DNA of 60,351 nucleotides, from positions 1-60,351 of the forward strand of contig CAZZBU010000007.1 of the NCBI GenBank assembly GCA_964652315.1. Reading direction: 5' to 3'. The position numbers and the translations under genes were made by a program. The notes beneath the pieces are model-generated. The model made no database searches and was not told the DNA's origin. It saw nothing but the letters and a program-made list of their open reading frames with translations. Of this stretch, positions 1 to 10,147 are shown piece after piece; position 1 is the stretch's first letter, and every line of letters starts with the position of its first letter. This DNA is from an uncultured Bacteroidales bacterium. Lineage in GTDB: Bacteria; Bacteroidota; Bacteroidia; Bacteroidales; JAAAOM01.

Positions 1-669
1 TTTTACAGCCAGGCTTTCTATGCCGGTAACTTTAAATACATCACCCGGTGTTACGGTGGATCCGTCAATTTCCAGCTCCCCATCAAGGATAAAAAAAGTA
101 TTGATAGTGTCCTTTTTCAGTTGTAATCCATGCACTTTGTATGCCAGGGTCATGTCTTTCATAAGAATGCCCGGCGTATCCAGGGTAACAGGAGATGATG
201 GCCCGATAAGAATCTTTTCTTTTATTCCCTGCCCAATGCTCACAGGAAAATCATCATGCCTGTAATCGTTGTAACTCGCAGGTTTTTGCAGTGTTTTCGA
301 TAAATCCGGATCAAGCCAAATCTGAAAGATGGCACTGTCTTTTAGAAAACGTTCGGCATGCCTGATGCCATTACCGGCCCTGATGATTTGTAAATCGCCC
401 TCTTCGAGAGGTACCCAAGAATTTTGTCCGTTATCAAAATGCTCCAGGTTTCCTTTCAGAACATAAGAGATAATTTCAAACCCCTTGTGCGGATGTTCAC
501 CAATCAACCCACCTGGAACAGACCAGGCATGGGACCAGTAAAACAGGTTCGAAAAAGAGGTGAGTTTGCCGCCTTCCTGAGGAAATCCAATGGGTTTGTT
601 TTCCTCAATGCGCCCGCTATCAAACCCTCCTGCTACCTGATCATTTTTCTTTACTATAGTAATTGCCAT
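1..669 (-). CDS. Pirin family protein (partial, runs off the window start)
   Basis: Not in the ORF track. Manual translation from ATG at 669 gives MAITIVKK...IGEHPHKGFEIISYVLKGNLEHFD...LQIIRAGNGIRHAE...FQIWL, containing the pirin HPH/H-x-E metal motifs. Open to position 1. Confidence 0.85.
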   Translation of the reverse strand, partial: MAITIVKKNDQVAGGFDSGRIEENKPIGFPQEGGKLTSFSNLFYWSHAWSVPGGLIGEHPHKGFEIISYVLKGNLEHFDNGQNSWVPLEEGDLQIIRAGNGIRHAERFLKDSAIFQIWLDPDLSKTLQKPASYNDYRHDDFPVSIGQGIKEKILIGPSSPVTLDTPGILMKDMTLAYKVHGLQLKKDTINTFFILDGELEIDGSTVTPGDVFKVTGIESLAVK

Positions 670-867
670 ATTTGTTGTGTTCTAAATTAATGTTTGTTTT
701 ATAACAAATAAAGCTAAAATTGGTTTGCCTGAACCTTGTCGGTCAGTTTGTCACTTTTTGTCACCTGGCAATAAACAGGGAATATTCTTTTATGATGCTG
801 AAATATAAAATAAAAATTCCTTCTTCCGGAATCAAATCAATTCTGCCATATTTTCATTTTTATGCAA

Positions 868-882
868 TGGCATTTAAATTGT
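868..882 (+). promoter_or_regulatory. Candidate sigma54 (-24/-12) promoter upstream of the 63-aa ORF
   Basis: TGGCAT-TTAAA-TTGT matches TGGCAC-N5-TTG spacing. Confidence 0.35.
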
Positions 883-895
883 TATCCGGATAACA
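880..895. promoter_or_regulatory. Perfect 16-bp palindrome, candidate operator
   Basis: TGTTATCCGGATAACA is its own reverse complement and lies in a divergent intergenic region. Confidence 0.4.
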
Positions 896-1033
896 TAAGT
901 TGCCACATGTTACCAGTATGTTTAATTTATGGCATGGTGGTTTAACTTTATTTAACAATAATTTGTACTCTGTTAAACAGAGAAAATACTATTTTCACAT
1001 TGCTTTGTGGTGTAATTTTAAAAATTCAAAGTT

Positions 1034-1225
1034 ATGCTGGAGCATCAAATGATTGTGTTGTCAAACGTAAGTACTGATAAGCGATTATTTAAAAAAGAAC
1101 TGATTAAATCACTGAAATGGTTGGACCCGATTGATTGCACAAAACTCCTTGATTGGGTTGAAACCAAGTACGGACATCTTCATAAAGATGTCATTGATGC
1201 TGTTCTGACTGAAACAGCAGCTTAA
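1034..1225 (+). CDS. Small conserved hypothetical protein (Bacteroidota type MLExxxxxLxxVSxDxxLFxKELxKxxxWL)
   Basis: ATG after an A-rich leader; the pattern resembles a recurrent small helical Bacteroidota protein. Confidence 0.7.
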   Translation: MLEHQMIVLSNVSTDKRLFKKELIKSLKWLDPIDCTKLLDWVETKYGHLHKDVIDAVLTETAA

Positions 1226-1302
1226 AGACAATTTTCAGTTTTTTGATAATTTCCCACATGGTTATGGTGGGATGGGATGTTGTTAATTAAATTATTGCGC
1301 TA

Positions 1303-2232
1303 ATGGATATTATAGTTGAGAACATTACCAAAAAATACGGCAACCAGAAAGCCGTAGACGATGTTTCGTTTCAAGTCCGGACTGGTGAGGTACTGGGTTT
1401 TCTTGGCCCAAACGGTGCCGGCAAAACCACAACCATGAAAGCCATTACCTGCTTTATTGCCCCCAATTATGGAGATATAAAAGTAGGCGGGCTTTCCATC
1501 CGTGAGAATCCGGACACCATAAAAAAGAGCATAGGCTACCTGCCTGAATCCAACCCCCTGTATCAGGAAATGGCGGTTATTGATTATCTGGCATTTGTAG
1601 CTGAATTGCAAGGTGTAAAAAAAGCCGATATCAGAAATCGGATTCGTGAAATGATTGAAGTTTGCGGATTACAAGCCGAAAAGCACAAAAAAATAGGAGA
1701 ATTATCCAAAGGATATAAGCAGCGGGTTGGACTGGCACAGGCACTGATTCATGATCCTGAGGTTTTAATCCTTGACGAACCCACTACCGGGCTTGATCCG
1801 AATCAGATTGTGGAGATTAGGGAACTAATCCGTAAAATCGGAAAAGAAAAAACAGTGATACTCAGTTCGCACATCCTTGCTGAGGTGGAAGCCACCTGCG
1901 ACAGAATTCTTATCATCAACCAAGGCCGCATTGTTGCTGATGGCACCTCTGCAGAACTTAGGAAGAAAGCACAGGGGAATGAAATCCTTAAAGTGACTGT
2001 TGAAGGAGGGGAAGCAAATGATATCTATCAGGCCATCCAGGAATTGCCTTCTGTATCCCTTGTAGATTTTATTTCGAAAAGTGACCATACGTTTGAAGTC
2101 CATTCCATTCCTGAATCTTCGTCACGAAAGGATATTTTTCAACTCTGTGTTGAAAGGAACTGGTACCTTACCGAGCTTACACCTACTGAAACCAAGCTCG
2201 AAGATGTATTCCGTGAACTGACTCTGAACTAA
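1303..2232 (+). CDS. gldA: ABC transporter ATP-binding protein, GldA-like
   Basis: Walker A GPNGAGKTT, signature LSKGYKQRVGLAQA, Walker B LILDEPTTGLDPNQI; heads a gldF/gldG-like operon. Confidence 0.85.
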   Translation: MDIIVENITKKYGNQKAVDDVSFQVRTGEVLGFLGPNGAGKTTTMKAITCFIAPNYGDIKVGGLSIRENPDTIKKSIGYLPESNPLYQEMAVIDYLAFVAELQGVKKADIRNRIREMIEVCGLQAEKHKKIGELSKGYKQRVGLAQALIHDPEVLILDEPTTGLDPNQIVEIRELIRKIGKEKTVILSSHILAEVEATCDRILIINQGRIVADGTSAELRKKAQGNEILKVTVEGGEANDIYQAIQELPSVSLVDFISKSDHTFEVHSIPESSSRKDIFQLCVERNWYLTELTPTETKLEDVFRELTLN

Positions 2233-2253
2233 AAAAAAATACAGAAAAACATT

Positions 2254-2979
2254 ATGAAACAAATTTGGATAATTGCCAGACGGGAATTGAAATCATTCTT
2301 CGACTCGTTGCTGGCTTATATTTTAATGGTGATTTTTTTGGCTGCCACCGGTTTATTTACCTGGTTGTATGGTCACGATGTGTTTTTTTATAAGCAGGCC
2401 AGTCTGCAGAGTTTTTTTAGTGTTGCCTATTGGTCATTCTTTTTATTAATGCCGGCCCTTACAATGAGGCTGATTGCTGAAGAAAAAAGCAGCGGCACAC
2501 TTGAAATGGTGCTTACCAAAGCGGTAAGCGACTGGCAGGTTGTTGTGGGGAAGTTTCTTTCTGTTTTTTTGCTTATCTGCATTACACTTGCACTTACCCT
2601 GCCTTACTATATCACTGTAGCCAGCATCGGCCCGATTGATCATGGGGCTGTGCTCACAGGTTACCTCGGCTTAATTCTTATGAGTTCGGCTTATATCAGC
2701 ATTGGTGTTTTTGCAAGCAGCCTTACTCATAATCAGATTGTAGCTTTTCTGATTGCATTTTTTATTGGCATATTTTTCCATCTCATTGTAGGATTTATTG
2801 CCACCAATTTTAGCGGTACCATAGGGGGGGTGCTTAATTTTTTAAGCACAACATCCCATTACGAAAGCATGTCGCGCGGGGTAATTGACAGCAAGGATGT
2901 TATTTTCTTTTTATCCCTGATTTTTATGGGGCTGTTCGGTTCCGAAATGGTTCTGGCCCGCCGGAATGTTGCTGATTGA
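2254..2979 (+). CDS. gldF: ABC-2 permease, GldF-like
   Basis: About 6 TM helices, RELKSFF, PALTMRLIAEEKSSGTLE, RGVIDSKD motifs. Confidence 0.85.
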   Translation: MKQIWIIARRELKSFFDSLLAYILMVIFLAATGLFTWLYGHDVFFYKQASLQSFFSVAYWSFFLLMPALTMRLIAEEKSSGTLEMVLTKAVSDWQVVVGKFLSVFLLICITLALTLPYYITVASIGPIDHGAVLTGYLGLILMSSAYISIGVFASSLTHNQIVAFLIAFFIGIFFHLIVGFIATNFSGTIGGVLNFLSTTSHYESMSRGVIDSKDVIFFLSLIFMGLFGSEMVLARRNVAD

Positions 2980-3035
2980 TCTTGTGAATGCACATCCTGA
3001 ATTTGTTTAATAGACCAGAAAAATATTAACAACTG

Positions 3036-4556
3036 ATGAAGTCAAAACGAACAATACAATACGCAGTAATCCTGATAACCGGAATAGTGATTCTTATAAA
3101 TATATTGGCAAACCGGTTCTTTTTCCGGTTGGATTTAACAGAAGATAAACAGTACACGCTTAGCGAAGCCACCCGTGATATTTTGCGCTCACTGGAGGAG
3201 CCGGTGACAATCACGGCTTATTTTTCCAAAAAGCTGCCACCCGATTATGCTAACCTGCGGCGTGATTTCAAAGATATGCTGACAGAATACAAGAACATAT
3301 CGAAAGGCATGGTGGCTTATGAGTTTATTGATCCCCTGGATGATCCTGCTATTGAGGACAAGGCCCGCCAACAAGGTATTCTGGAGGCCCAAATTCCGGG
3401 AAGGGAGAAGGATGAGTTTAAAATCCAGAAAGCATATATGGGAGCTGTCATTCAAATGGGTGATCAGAGCGAGATTATTCCAATAATACAAAACGCCCGC
3501 GGTATGGAATATACACTCACAAGCAATATTAAAAAGCTCTCAGTTATTGATAAACCGTTGATTGGTTTTCTGCAAGGACATGGTGAAACCAGGCTCTATG
3601 ATCTTCAGGCTGTAAACCAGGCGTTAAATGTAATGTACCAGGTGGAAGAAGTCAGGCTCACAGATACAACCCGGGCACTTGAAAAATATGAAGCTGTTGC
3701 CATCATTGCACCTGTTGATTCGTTTCCTGAAAATCATCTGCAACAGATTGAAGATTTTTTAGCACAGGGCAAAGGACTTGTTGTTGCACTTAACAGGGTT
3801 GATGCCAATTTTAATGAGACACAATATGTTACTCCCAATAATACCGGGTTTGAAACCTGGTTGGAGGAGAAAGGCGTGGTGGTGAAGGAAAATTTGCTCT
3901 TTGATAAAAATGCCAACATTGTTGGTTTGCAAATGCAGCAAGGCCCCTTCTCAGTACAGCGTCAGATACAGTTTTTCTACTATCCTGTTATTACCAGTTT
4001 TATTGAACATCCCGTGGTGTCAGGGCTTGAGCAGGTATCCATGGAGCTGGCGAGCACGATTGAATTTACCGGCGACTCTGCCATAACATTTACTCCCGTA
4101 GCTTTTAGTTCCGAGCATGCCGGCACCACTCCGGTACCGGCTTCGATTGATTTCCTCCGGGAATGGAATGAAAGCGATTTTACATTGTCAAACCTGCCGG
4201 TGGCAGCCATTCTCGAAGGAAAAATTGCCGGAGGAGTCAATTCACGAATGGTTGTTTTTGGGGATGGTAGTTTTCCGGCAGTTGGCCCCCAACAGCAGCA
4301 GATACCCTTCACGCCCGATGAGGTAAGTTTGCTGGCCAATGCTGTTGACTGGCTTGCCGACGATACGGGGCTCATAGAACTTCGTACCAAAGGGGCTACC
4401 TCGCGGCCGCTGGATGAACTGGAGGATGCACAGCGCACTTTCCTGAAATATACGAATTTTTTCTTGCCCATTGTCATGGTAATTATATTCGGTATTCTAA
4501 GAATGCAGTACCGTCAGAATTTACGAACTAAAAGAATGGAGGAGGACTATGTTTAA
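3036..4556 (+). CDS. gldG: GldG family ABC auxiliary protein
   Basis: N- and C-terminal TM, RLDLTEDKQYTLS, FLQGHGE, NAVDWL motifs. Confidence 0.85.
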   Translation: MKSKRTIQYAVILITGIVILINILANRFFFRLDLTEDKQYTLSEATRDILRSLEEPVTITAYFSKKLPPDYANLRRDFKDMLTEYKNISKGMVAYEFIDPLDDPAIEDKARQQGILEAQIPGREKDEFKIQKAYMGAVIQMGDQSEIIPIIQNARGMEYTLTSNIKKLSVIDKPLIGFLQGHGETRLYDLQAVNQALNVMYQVEEVRLTDTTRALEKYEAVAIIAPVDSFPENHLQQIEDFLAQGKGLVVALNRVDANFNETQYVTPNNTGFETWLEEKGVVVKENLLFDKNANIVGLQMQQGPFSVQRQIQFFYYPVITSFIEHPVVSGLEQVSMELASTIEFTGDSAITFTPVAFSSEHAGTTPVPASIDFLREWNESDFTLSNLPVAAILEGKIAGGVNSRMVVFGDGSFPAVGPQQQQIPFTPDEVSLLANAVDWLADDTGLIELRTKGATSRPLDELEDAQRTFLKYTNFFLPIVMVIIFGILRMQYRQNLRTKRMEEDYV

Positions 4557-5514
4557 TAGGTTAAATATCAGGTTACTATTGGTTATTTTTATGTCATTAC
4601 TTATTCTTGTAATGGTGGTGCATTTATTTGATGCACAACGTGGCGAACGAACATTCAGAAGCAATCTTTTTGACCTGGATACGGCAGATGTAACCCGGCT
4701 GGTCATTAACCCCAAAGGGGTGGATAAACCAAATGTGGTTTTTACCAGGCAGGATCAGATCTGGTCTGTAGGTGATGATGAAACAAAGTACGCTGCAGAT
4801 CAACAGGCTGTCAGGGATTTGCTTTCCACCTTGAGTTCGTTGGAAGCAGAACGGGTTGCTTCAAAAGATAAGGATAATTGGAAAAGATATGAGGTTACCG
4901 ATTCTCTGGCTACCATTGTCACTGCCCAAACAAATAAAGATGAGCAGGAAATATATATCGGCAGGTTTTCGTACACCCAACCCCGCCAGGTACAGCCTAA
5001 TCCTTATGCACAGCAGGGAAAGATGACCACCTTCGTCAGACGGGGAGATGATGCCGAAGTATATGCGGTTGAAGGTTTTTTGGGTATGACATTTAATCGT
5101 GACCTCAATAATTTCAGGGTGAAAACAGTGATTAAATCCAATCAGTTTGACTGGCGCTCATTGCATTTTAATTATCCTGACAGCAGCTTTAACCTTATGG
5201 CAGAGGAAACTCAATGGATGGTTGACGGTATAAATGCAGACTCTGCCGCTGTTGCAGGCTACCTTAAACAAATTGCCTCCCTGACCTCCACCGATTTTGT
5301 GTCCAGCCATGTGGTTCAGGGCGAATCAGTTTTTTCCCTGGAAATAAAGGGGCAGAACATGAATGAGCCAATAATAATAGACGCCTACAGAAAAAATAAT
5401 AATGACGGTTTTATCCTTCATTCATCGCAGAATCCGGACGCCTATTTTGATGGTATAAACCTGACGAATAAAATATTTATTGGAAAAAAGGCCTTGCTTC
5501 CTTCTGAGGGATGA
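4549..5514 (+). CDS. DUF4340-domain protein
   Basis: N-terminal TM; 8-nt overlap with gldG; usual fourth gene of such operons; repeated W..ADQ/ADS..V..L units. Confidence 0.7.
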   Translation: MFNRLNIRLLLVIFMSLLILVMVVHLFDAQRGERTFRSNLFDLDTADVTRLVINPKGVDKPNVVFTRQDQIWSVGDDETKYAADQQAVRDLLSTLSSLEAERVASKDKDNWKRYEVTDSLATIVTAQTNKDEQEIYIGRFSYTQPRQVQPNPYAQQGKMTTFVRRGDDAEVYAVEGFLGMTFNRDLNNFRVKTVIKSNQFDWRSLHFNYPDSSFNLMAEETQWMVDGINADSAAVAGYLKQIASLTSTDFVSSHVVQGESVFSLEIKGQNMNEPIIIDAYRKNNNDGFILHSSQNPDAYFDGINLTNKIFIGKKALLPSEG

Positions 5515-5593
5515 GAAATTGTTCATTGATACACCTGCGTTACGGGATTTTTACACCCCCCTCCAAGTTATTTTAGGAGCCGGGAACTAACAT

Positions 5594-6655
5594 TTAAATG
5601 TCCTTCGCCTTGTTCCAACCCAGAGTTTTTAGCATCCAGCGGGGCAGGGGTTTTTCCGGATCACGTTTTCGCAGGTTCAGGTAAATGCCCAGCTTTTTTA
5701 AGATGGGTATTTTATGGGTCTCAACGAATTCAATCAGGGAGCCATCCGGATCTTCGATGTATGAAAACGCACCGGCAGCTTCACCCATGTCAAAACTATC
5801 GCCTGAATCCACTGTGAAGGGATGGCCTTTTTCTTTACAAAATGTCCGGAAAGCGTCCATGCCTTTGATATCAAAACACAGGTGAATGAATCCTAAATCA
5901 CCCCAAAAGCGGTCTTTGAATATTTTTTCAACCGGTGTGTCCGTGGCCTGCACCAGTTCGATTTGTGAAGGGCCCAGTACCGGACTAAATGCACCTGTTC
6001 GTGGTTGTGAGTGTGAGAGCAACATCCGTCGAACCTTGCGGGTACCGCCAGGCAGGGCCGAAAGATCGTCAAACGCATCGGTTTTATCATAAATTACGGT
6101 ATCATAGCCCAGGATGTCAGCATAGAATTTCCGGGATTTTTCCACATCAGACACCCCCAGAATAGCACCGTAAGAAGCCCCGGTGAGCTTATCCTGATCT
6201 GTAAACCAGCCGTTGCCTTCAACAATTTCAAAGATGTTATTTAAGGGATCTTTGATAAAAAAGTGTGGTTTTCCATTTGGGGCCTGACATAAATCTCCAA
6301 GGATATTTACACCATTGGTACGATAGTTTTCGTAGGTATTTGCTACGTTTTTGCTTTTTATCTTGCCAATGAAGATTCCCAAATCCCCAAGCTGAATTTC
6401 AAAATCAGGAGCTTTTGGCGTACGCTCAGTATATTGCCATATTTCAAATCCTCCTCCACCCTGAAGGTTTAATGCCAGGGCAGCATGTCGTTCACGGGGT
6501 TCACCACCGGTGTAGGGAAGCATCAGTTCAGCCACTGCAGCCTCCTCAAACATACGGATATCCATCCCAAAATATGCTTTGTACCATTTCCATGCTTCGT
6601 GAACATCAGGTACGCCTATTCCGATTTGCTGAATCCCACAGACAATTTTTTTCAT
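5594..6655 (-). CDS. VOC (glyoxalase/bleomycin resistance) family protein, two VOC modules
   Basis: IQQIGIGV..WY..FG, GFEIWQ, KDPLNNIFEI, IHLCFD, EDPDGSLIEFVE. Confidence 0.85.
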   Translation of the reverse strand: MKKIVCGIQQIGIGVPDVHEAWKWYKAYFGMDIRMFEEAAVAELMLPYTGGEPRERHAALALNLQGGGGFEIWQYTERTPKAPDFEIQLGDLGIFIGKIKSKNVANTYENYRTNGVNILGDLCQAPNGKPHFFIKDPLNNIFEIVEGNGWFTDQDKLTGASYGAILGVSDVEKSRKFYADILGYDTVIYDKTDAFDDLSALPGGTRKVRRMLLSHSQPRTGAFSPVLGPSQIELVQATDTPVEKIFKDRFWGDLGFIHLCFDIKGMDAFRTFCKEKGHPFTVDSGDSFDMGEAAGAFSYIEDPDGSLIEFVETHKIPILKKLGIYLNLRKRDPEKPLPRWMLKTLGWNKAKDI

Positions 6656-6728
6656 ATTGGTTATTGATGTTTTTCGGATTAAAAATACTGATTATATGAT
6701 TATTACCAATGCTTTTTTTTACAGAAAA

Positions 6729-7520
6729 TTACACCGGGCTGATCCGTTGTGCCAGCCTGTAGTATAACCATGGTAAAAACCGCCGGATATGGACCATGAT
6801 GGTTTCATTACCTCCTACCAGGATTTCTTTTTTGTTTCGTTTTAATCCTTTGATGATTTTTTTTGCACACACTTCGGCTTTCATGCCTTTTTCCTGGCCC
6901 TGGTCCATTTTACCGTATGATTTACCCTCACCAGTAAGTGCATTCACTGATATGCTGGTCTTTATCCTGCCGGGAATAACAACAGTAACGTTAATGTTAT
7001 CTTTATGATATTCTGCATATAAAGACTCAAAGAATCCATGCAGGGCATGCTTGGCGGCCGAATATGCCGAACGCAGGGGGAATCCGAATTTCCCGACTAT
7101 GCTGCTCACAGCTGCAATATGGCCACCGCCGTTATCAAGCATCCGTGGAAGCACTTCTTTGGTCAGGGTAACAGCGCCAAAATAATCAACCTCCATAATT
7201 CTCCTGTCCATTTCAACAGGAGTTTCAATTACCTTTGAACGCTGGCTTATTCCTCCATTGTTAATCAGGACATCTACAGTGCCGATTTTTTCATATACTT
7301 CACGGGTTACCAATTTTATTTCTTCTGCATTGGTAAGGTCCAGCCGGCATACGTAATTTCCCGGACTGATCTTATCACAATTACTTTTTACGCGGTTAAG
7401 CTCTTCCTCCCGGCGTGCTGAAAGGATTACCCTGGCACCTTCGTTTTTAAAAGCATAAGCAAGTGCTTCTCCAATGCCGGAAGATGCCCCGGTAATCCAT
7501 ACTAATTTATCTTTATACAT
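6729..7520 (-). CDS. SDR family oxidoreductase (DHRS7-like)
   Basis: TGASSGIG, NNGG, catalytic S and YSAAK. Confidence 0.9.
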   Translation of the reverse strand: MYKDKLVWITGASSGIGEALAYAFKNEGARVILSARREEELNRVKSNCDKISPGNYVCRLDLTNAEEIKLVTREVYEKIGTVDVLINNGGISQRSKVIETPVEMDRRIMEVDYFGAVTLTKEVLPRMLDNGGGHIAAVSSIVGKFGFPLRSAYSAAKHALHGFFESLYAEYHKDNINVTVVIPGRIKTSISVNALTGEGKSYGKMDQGQEKGMKAEVCAKKIIKGLKRNKKEILVGGNETIMVHIRRFLPWLYYRLAQRISPV

Positions 7521-8857
7521 TATTTTGCAACAATTAAATCCATTAACTGAATTATTTCAGCACGCAGTTTTTTAAGATTCATTAAATGTTTGCGATTAAT
7601 AATATACCGCCACTGCGCCAGGAGCTTTTTTAAGAAAATATAATATTCCAGTGCAAATTTACTTGTTGGATAGAACAATGCAATTGCAATGAATGCAATC
7701 CAGAACGGGCGAATAAAAATTAATGCCAGAATTCCAAGAATTAAATAATATACCGTAAAGAGAAGCACAGCAGAAACAAATTTTACTGAACTATGGAATT
7801 GTTTATCCTTTATCTTTTTCACAAATAAAGTCGGTATCTTAAAGGGAATATAACCGGTGACTAATCCTGTCAGGAACAGCGGAAACCCGAGTATTGCCAT
7901 TAGTGTTTTCCCTGTCATTTCAAAAAATCCGTGTCTTTTTTTTTCGATCACCCAGTCACGTAAACCAGCTTTTTTCAATCCATCCTGGTATTTCAGGTCT
8001 TTCTCTTTTAGTTGATTAAGTTCTTCTTCTGTTGCTTTTTCGTCCAGAATGGCAATCATATGCTTATCCGCTTCAAACCGGTCTTGCAAATCGTTTTTAT
8101 CAAGGCCCAGTTTTTCACACATTTTGTTTCTGTATATGGTACGCAGGTGCATATAAAGATCATAATAATCCTCTGACTCAATGTGAATCATCACCTTTTT
8201 CAGTTCTTCGGCGAGTTTTTCCCTCAGTTCATTTACTGTTGCGGCCTGGTTTTTCTCATATTTTTGAACATATTCGTGAATGGAAATCGGGTCGCCGTAA
8301 TTAATAAACAGGTGGTGGTGAATGTTTTGGTAATGGCCATAATCAATGCCCACCGGATAAAGTTTAACGCCGGGATTGGTTCCAAATTCCTCCTGTGCTT
8401 TAAAAGCAATACGAAAAATGCCTTTAACCAGGGGCCTTAGCCTGCGTTTATCGCCATGATTGCCTTCGGGCATGATGCACAGCGGATTTTCTTTGTTATG
8501 AAGGACCTGTATGGTTTTTTCGAAAATCTCCTCGTTTTTCTTTAATTTATCTGCTCCATCACGAATCCGGTAGATGGGCATGATTTTTATCGCGGTAAGA
8601 ATTTTCACTAACAATGGAGACGAAAATATATCTGATCGTGCCAGAAATACAGGTTGGAAAGGTATTAACAGCAGGATGGCCAGGGCATCCATCAAAGCAT
8701 TCTGGTGATTGGCCGGAATAATTACCGGTTCGTTGCGGGGGATTTTTTCCAATCCCACAACTTTAATTTTTGAGTAGTAGTTTTTAAAGAAAAAACGCAC
8801 ATAAGCTTTTAGCAACCAGTATTTAAACGACCAGGCATCAATGCTTTTTTTGCTCAT
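7520..8857 (-). CDS. Glycerol-3-phosphate/lysophospholipid acyltransferase (PlsC family) with C-terminal TM helices
   Basis: NHQNALMD (HX4D) and PEGNH motifs. Start moved to ATG 8857 (MSKKS) because a promoter element overlaps the track's TTG start. 1-nt overlap with the SDR gene. Confidence 0.85.
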   Translation of the reverse strand: MSKKSIDAWSFKYWLLKAYVRFFFKNYYSKIKVVGLEKIPRNEPVIIPANHQNALMDALAILLLIPFQPVFLARSDIFSSPLLVKILTAIKIMPIYRIRDGADKLKKNEEIFEKTIQVLHNKENPLCIMPEGNHGDKRRLRPLVKGIFRIAFKAQEEFGTNPGVKLYPVGIDYGHYQNIHHHLFINYGDPISIHEYVQKYEKNQAATVNELREKLAEELKKVMIHIESEDYYDLYMHLRTIYRNKMCEKLGLDKNDLQDRFEADKHMIAILDEKATEEELNQLKEKDLKYQDGLKKAGLRDWVIEKKRHGFFEMTGKTLMAILGFPLFLTGLVTGYIPFKIPTLFVKKIKDKQFHSSVKFVSAVLLFTVYYLILGILALIFIRPFWIAFIAIALFYPTSKFALEYYIFLKKLLAQWRYIINRKHLMNLKKLRAEIIQLMDLIVAK

Positions 8858-8878
8858 ACCTTTCTGAATTGAATGACG

Positions 8879-8886
8879 CAAAGATA
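8879..8886 (-). promoter_or_regulatory. Bacteroidota sigma-A -7 element
   Basis: TATCTTTG matches TAnnTTTG, about 20 nt upstream of the acyltransferase ATG. Confidence 0.55.
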
Positions 8887-8979
8887 ATAATTCGATTTTA
8901 TTCTCAGTTAATGCAGCACAATGGTTTGTTCCCCTGTTTTACGTGGTTCAATTTTTTGTTTTCTTTCGTAATGAGGTAA

Positions 8980-9948
8980 TCATTGTTCCTTTTCTTTTTC
9001 GGGCAGGGGTATTTTTGACCACAATGTTGCTATGCTTAATCCGGAGAGTATATGCCATATTCCCCACCAGGCTGCCACAAAAGCCATTCCACCTATAAGC
9101 ATGGAAGGAGGGAATATTTTGGGATTAAAAATAAGTACCAAACCAAGGCCTGAATTTTGTATGCCTGTTTCAATGGCAATGGTCCGACGATCGCGCCGGG
9201 AAGTTTTAAAAATGCTCGCAAAACTATATCCTGTTATAAGCGCTACAGCATTATGTACCAATACAATAAATAAAATGTAATGAATGTGCTTTATAAAAAA
9301 ATCATAATTATCCCTAAAAGCCAGTAGCACAATAATCAGAAACAGCACAATCGAAACTTGTTTAAAAGGTTTCATGATTTTTTCAGTTAGTTTTGGTAAT
9401 TTATGGTTTACCAGCATGCCTAAAATGAGTGGAATTCCTAAAAGGATAAACACTGTTTGAAACATGTGTAGCGGACTTATTTCCAAGGGGCGGAGCAAAG
9501 AGCCAGCGTCTACCTTGCTTACAAGATTGGTGTACATGCCACCCCAAAAAGCAAAATTCAATGGGGTCATAAAAATGGCCGAAAGCGTTGCTAAGGCCGT
9601 AAGACTCACGGAAAGTGCTGCATTGCCTTTTGCCATGGCCGAAATAAAATTTGAAATATTTCCGCCCGGACAGGAAGCAACCAAAATCATTCCCAGAGCT
9701 ACCGTTGGCGTTAGCTGATTGTGGAACAGAGCAGTAAGAAGAAAAGTTACTGCCGGTAAAAGAACAAACTGTGAAATAAATCCCAGAATGGTTGATCTGG
9801 GATTTAAAATTATTTTTTTGAAATGATCAAATTTAATTCCCAAAGCAACACCAAACATAATAAATGCCAGGGTAATATTTAATATAAACAAACCCTCCTG
9901 TGAAAAATTCAGCCTCAGATCATCCAGTTCCAACAGCGCCTCGTACAT
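8980..9948 (-). CDS. Bile acid:sodium symporter (BASS) family transporter
   Basis: SCPGGNISN, AKGNAALSV, IETGIQNSGL motifs; about 9-10 TM. Confidence 0.9.
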   Translation of the reverse strand: MYEALLELDDLRLNFSQEGLFILNITLAFIMFGVALGIKFDHFKKIILNPRSTILGFISQFVLLPAVTFLLTALFHNQLTPTVALGMILVASCPGGNISNFISAMAKGNAALSVSLTALATLSAIFMTPLNFAFWGGMYTNLVSKVDAGSLLRPLEISPLHMFQTVFILLGIPLILGMLVNHKLPKLTEKIMKPFKQVSIVLFLIIVLLAFRDNYDFFIKHIHYILFIVLVHNAVALITGYSFASIFKTSRRDRRTIAIETGIQNSGLGLVLIFNPKIFPPSMLIGGMAFVAAWWGIWHILSGLSIATLWSKIPLPEKEKEQ

Positions 9949-10147
9949 CCTGTATTTGTTAAATTCAACACCTCAGGGATTTTCAACCCTGTATCCAAGC
10001 AATCATAGTTAGCGCCGGCTAAGATAAGAATTTTTTAAAAACTCGGATTTATGTAGGTAAATCTCTTCTTTTGATGCCTAAACAATAAGTGTAATCTTTG
10101 GTTTGTTTTGACTGAACCCAACCTGATTATTCACTGTTAAGTACTTT

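Noticed and set aside
1251-1272. TCCCAC...GTGGGA hairpin after the 63-aa ORF as a terminator
   Set aside because: Short imperfect stem with no U-tract following on the + strand.
3980-4477. Longer antisense/shadow ORFs (also 24825-25331, 39488-39967, 14471-14812)
   Set aside because: They overlap well-supported genes on the opposite strand and show no family motifs.
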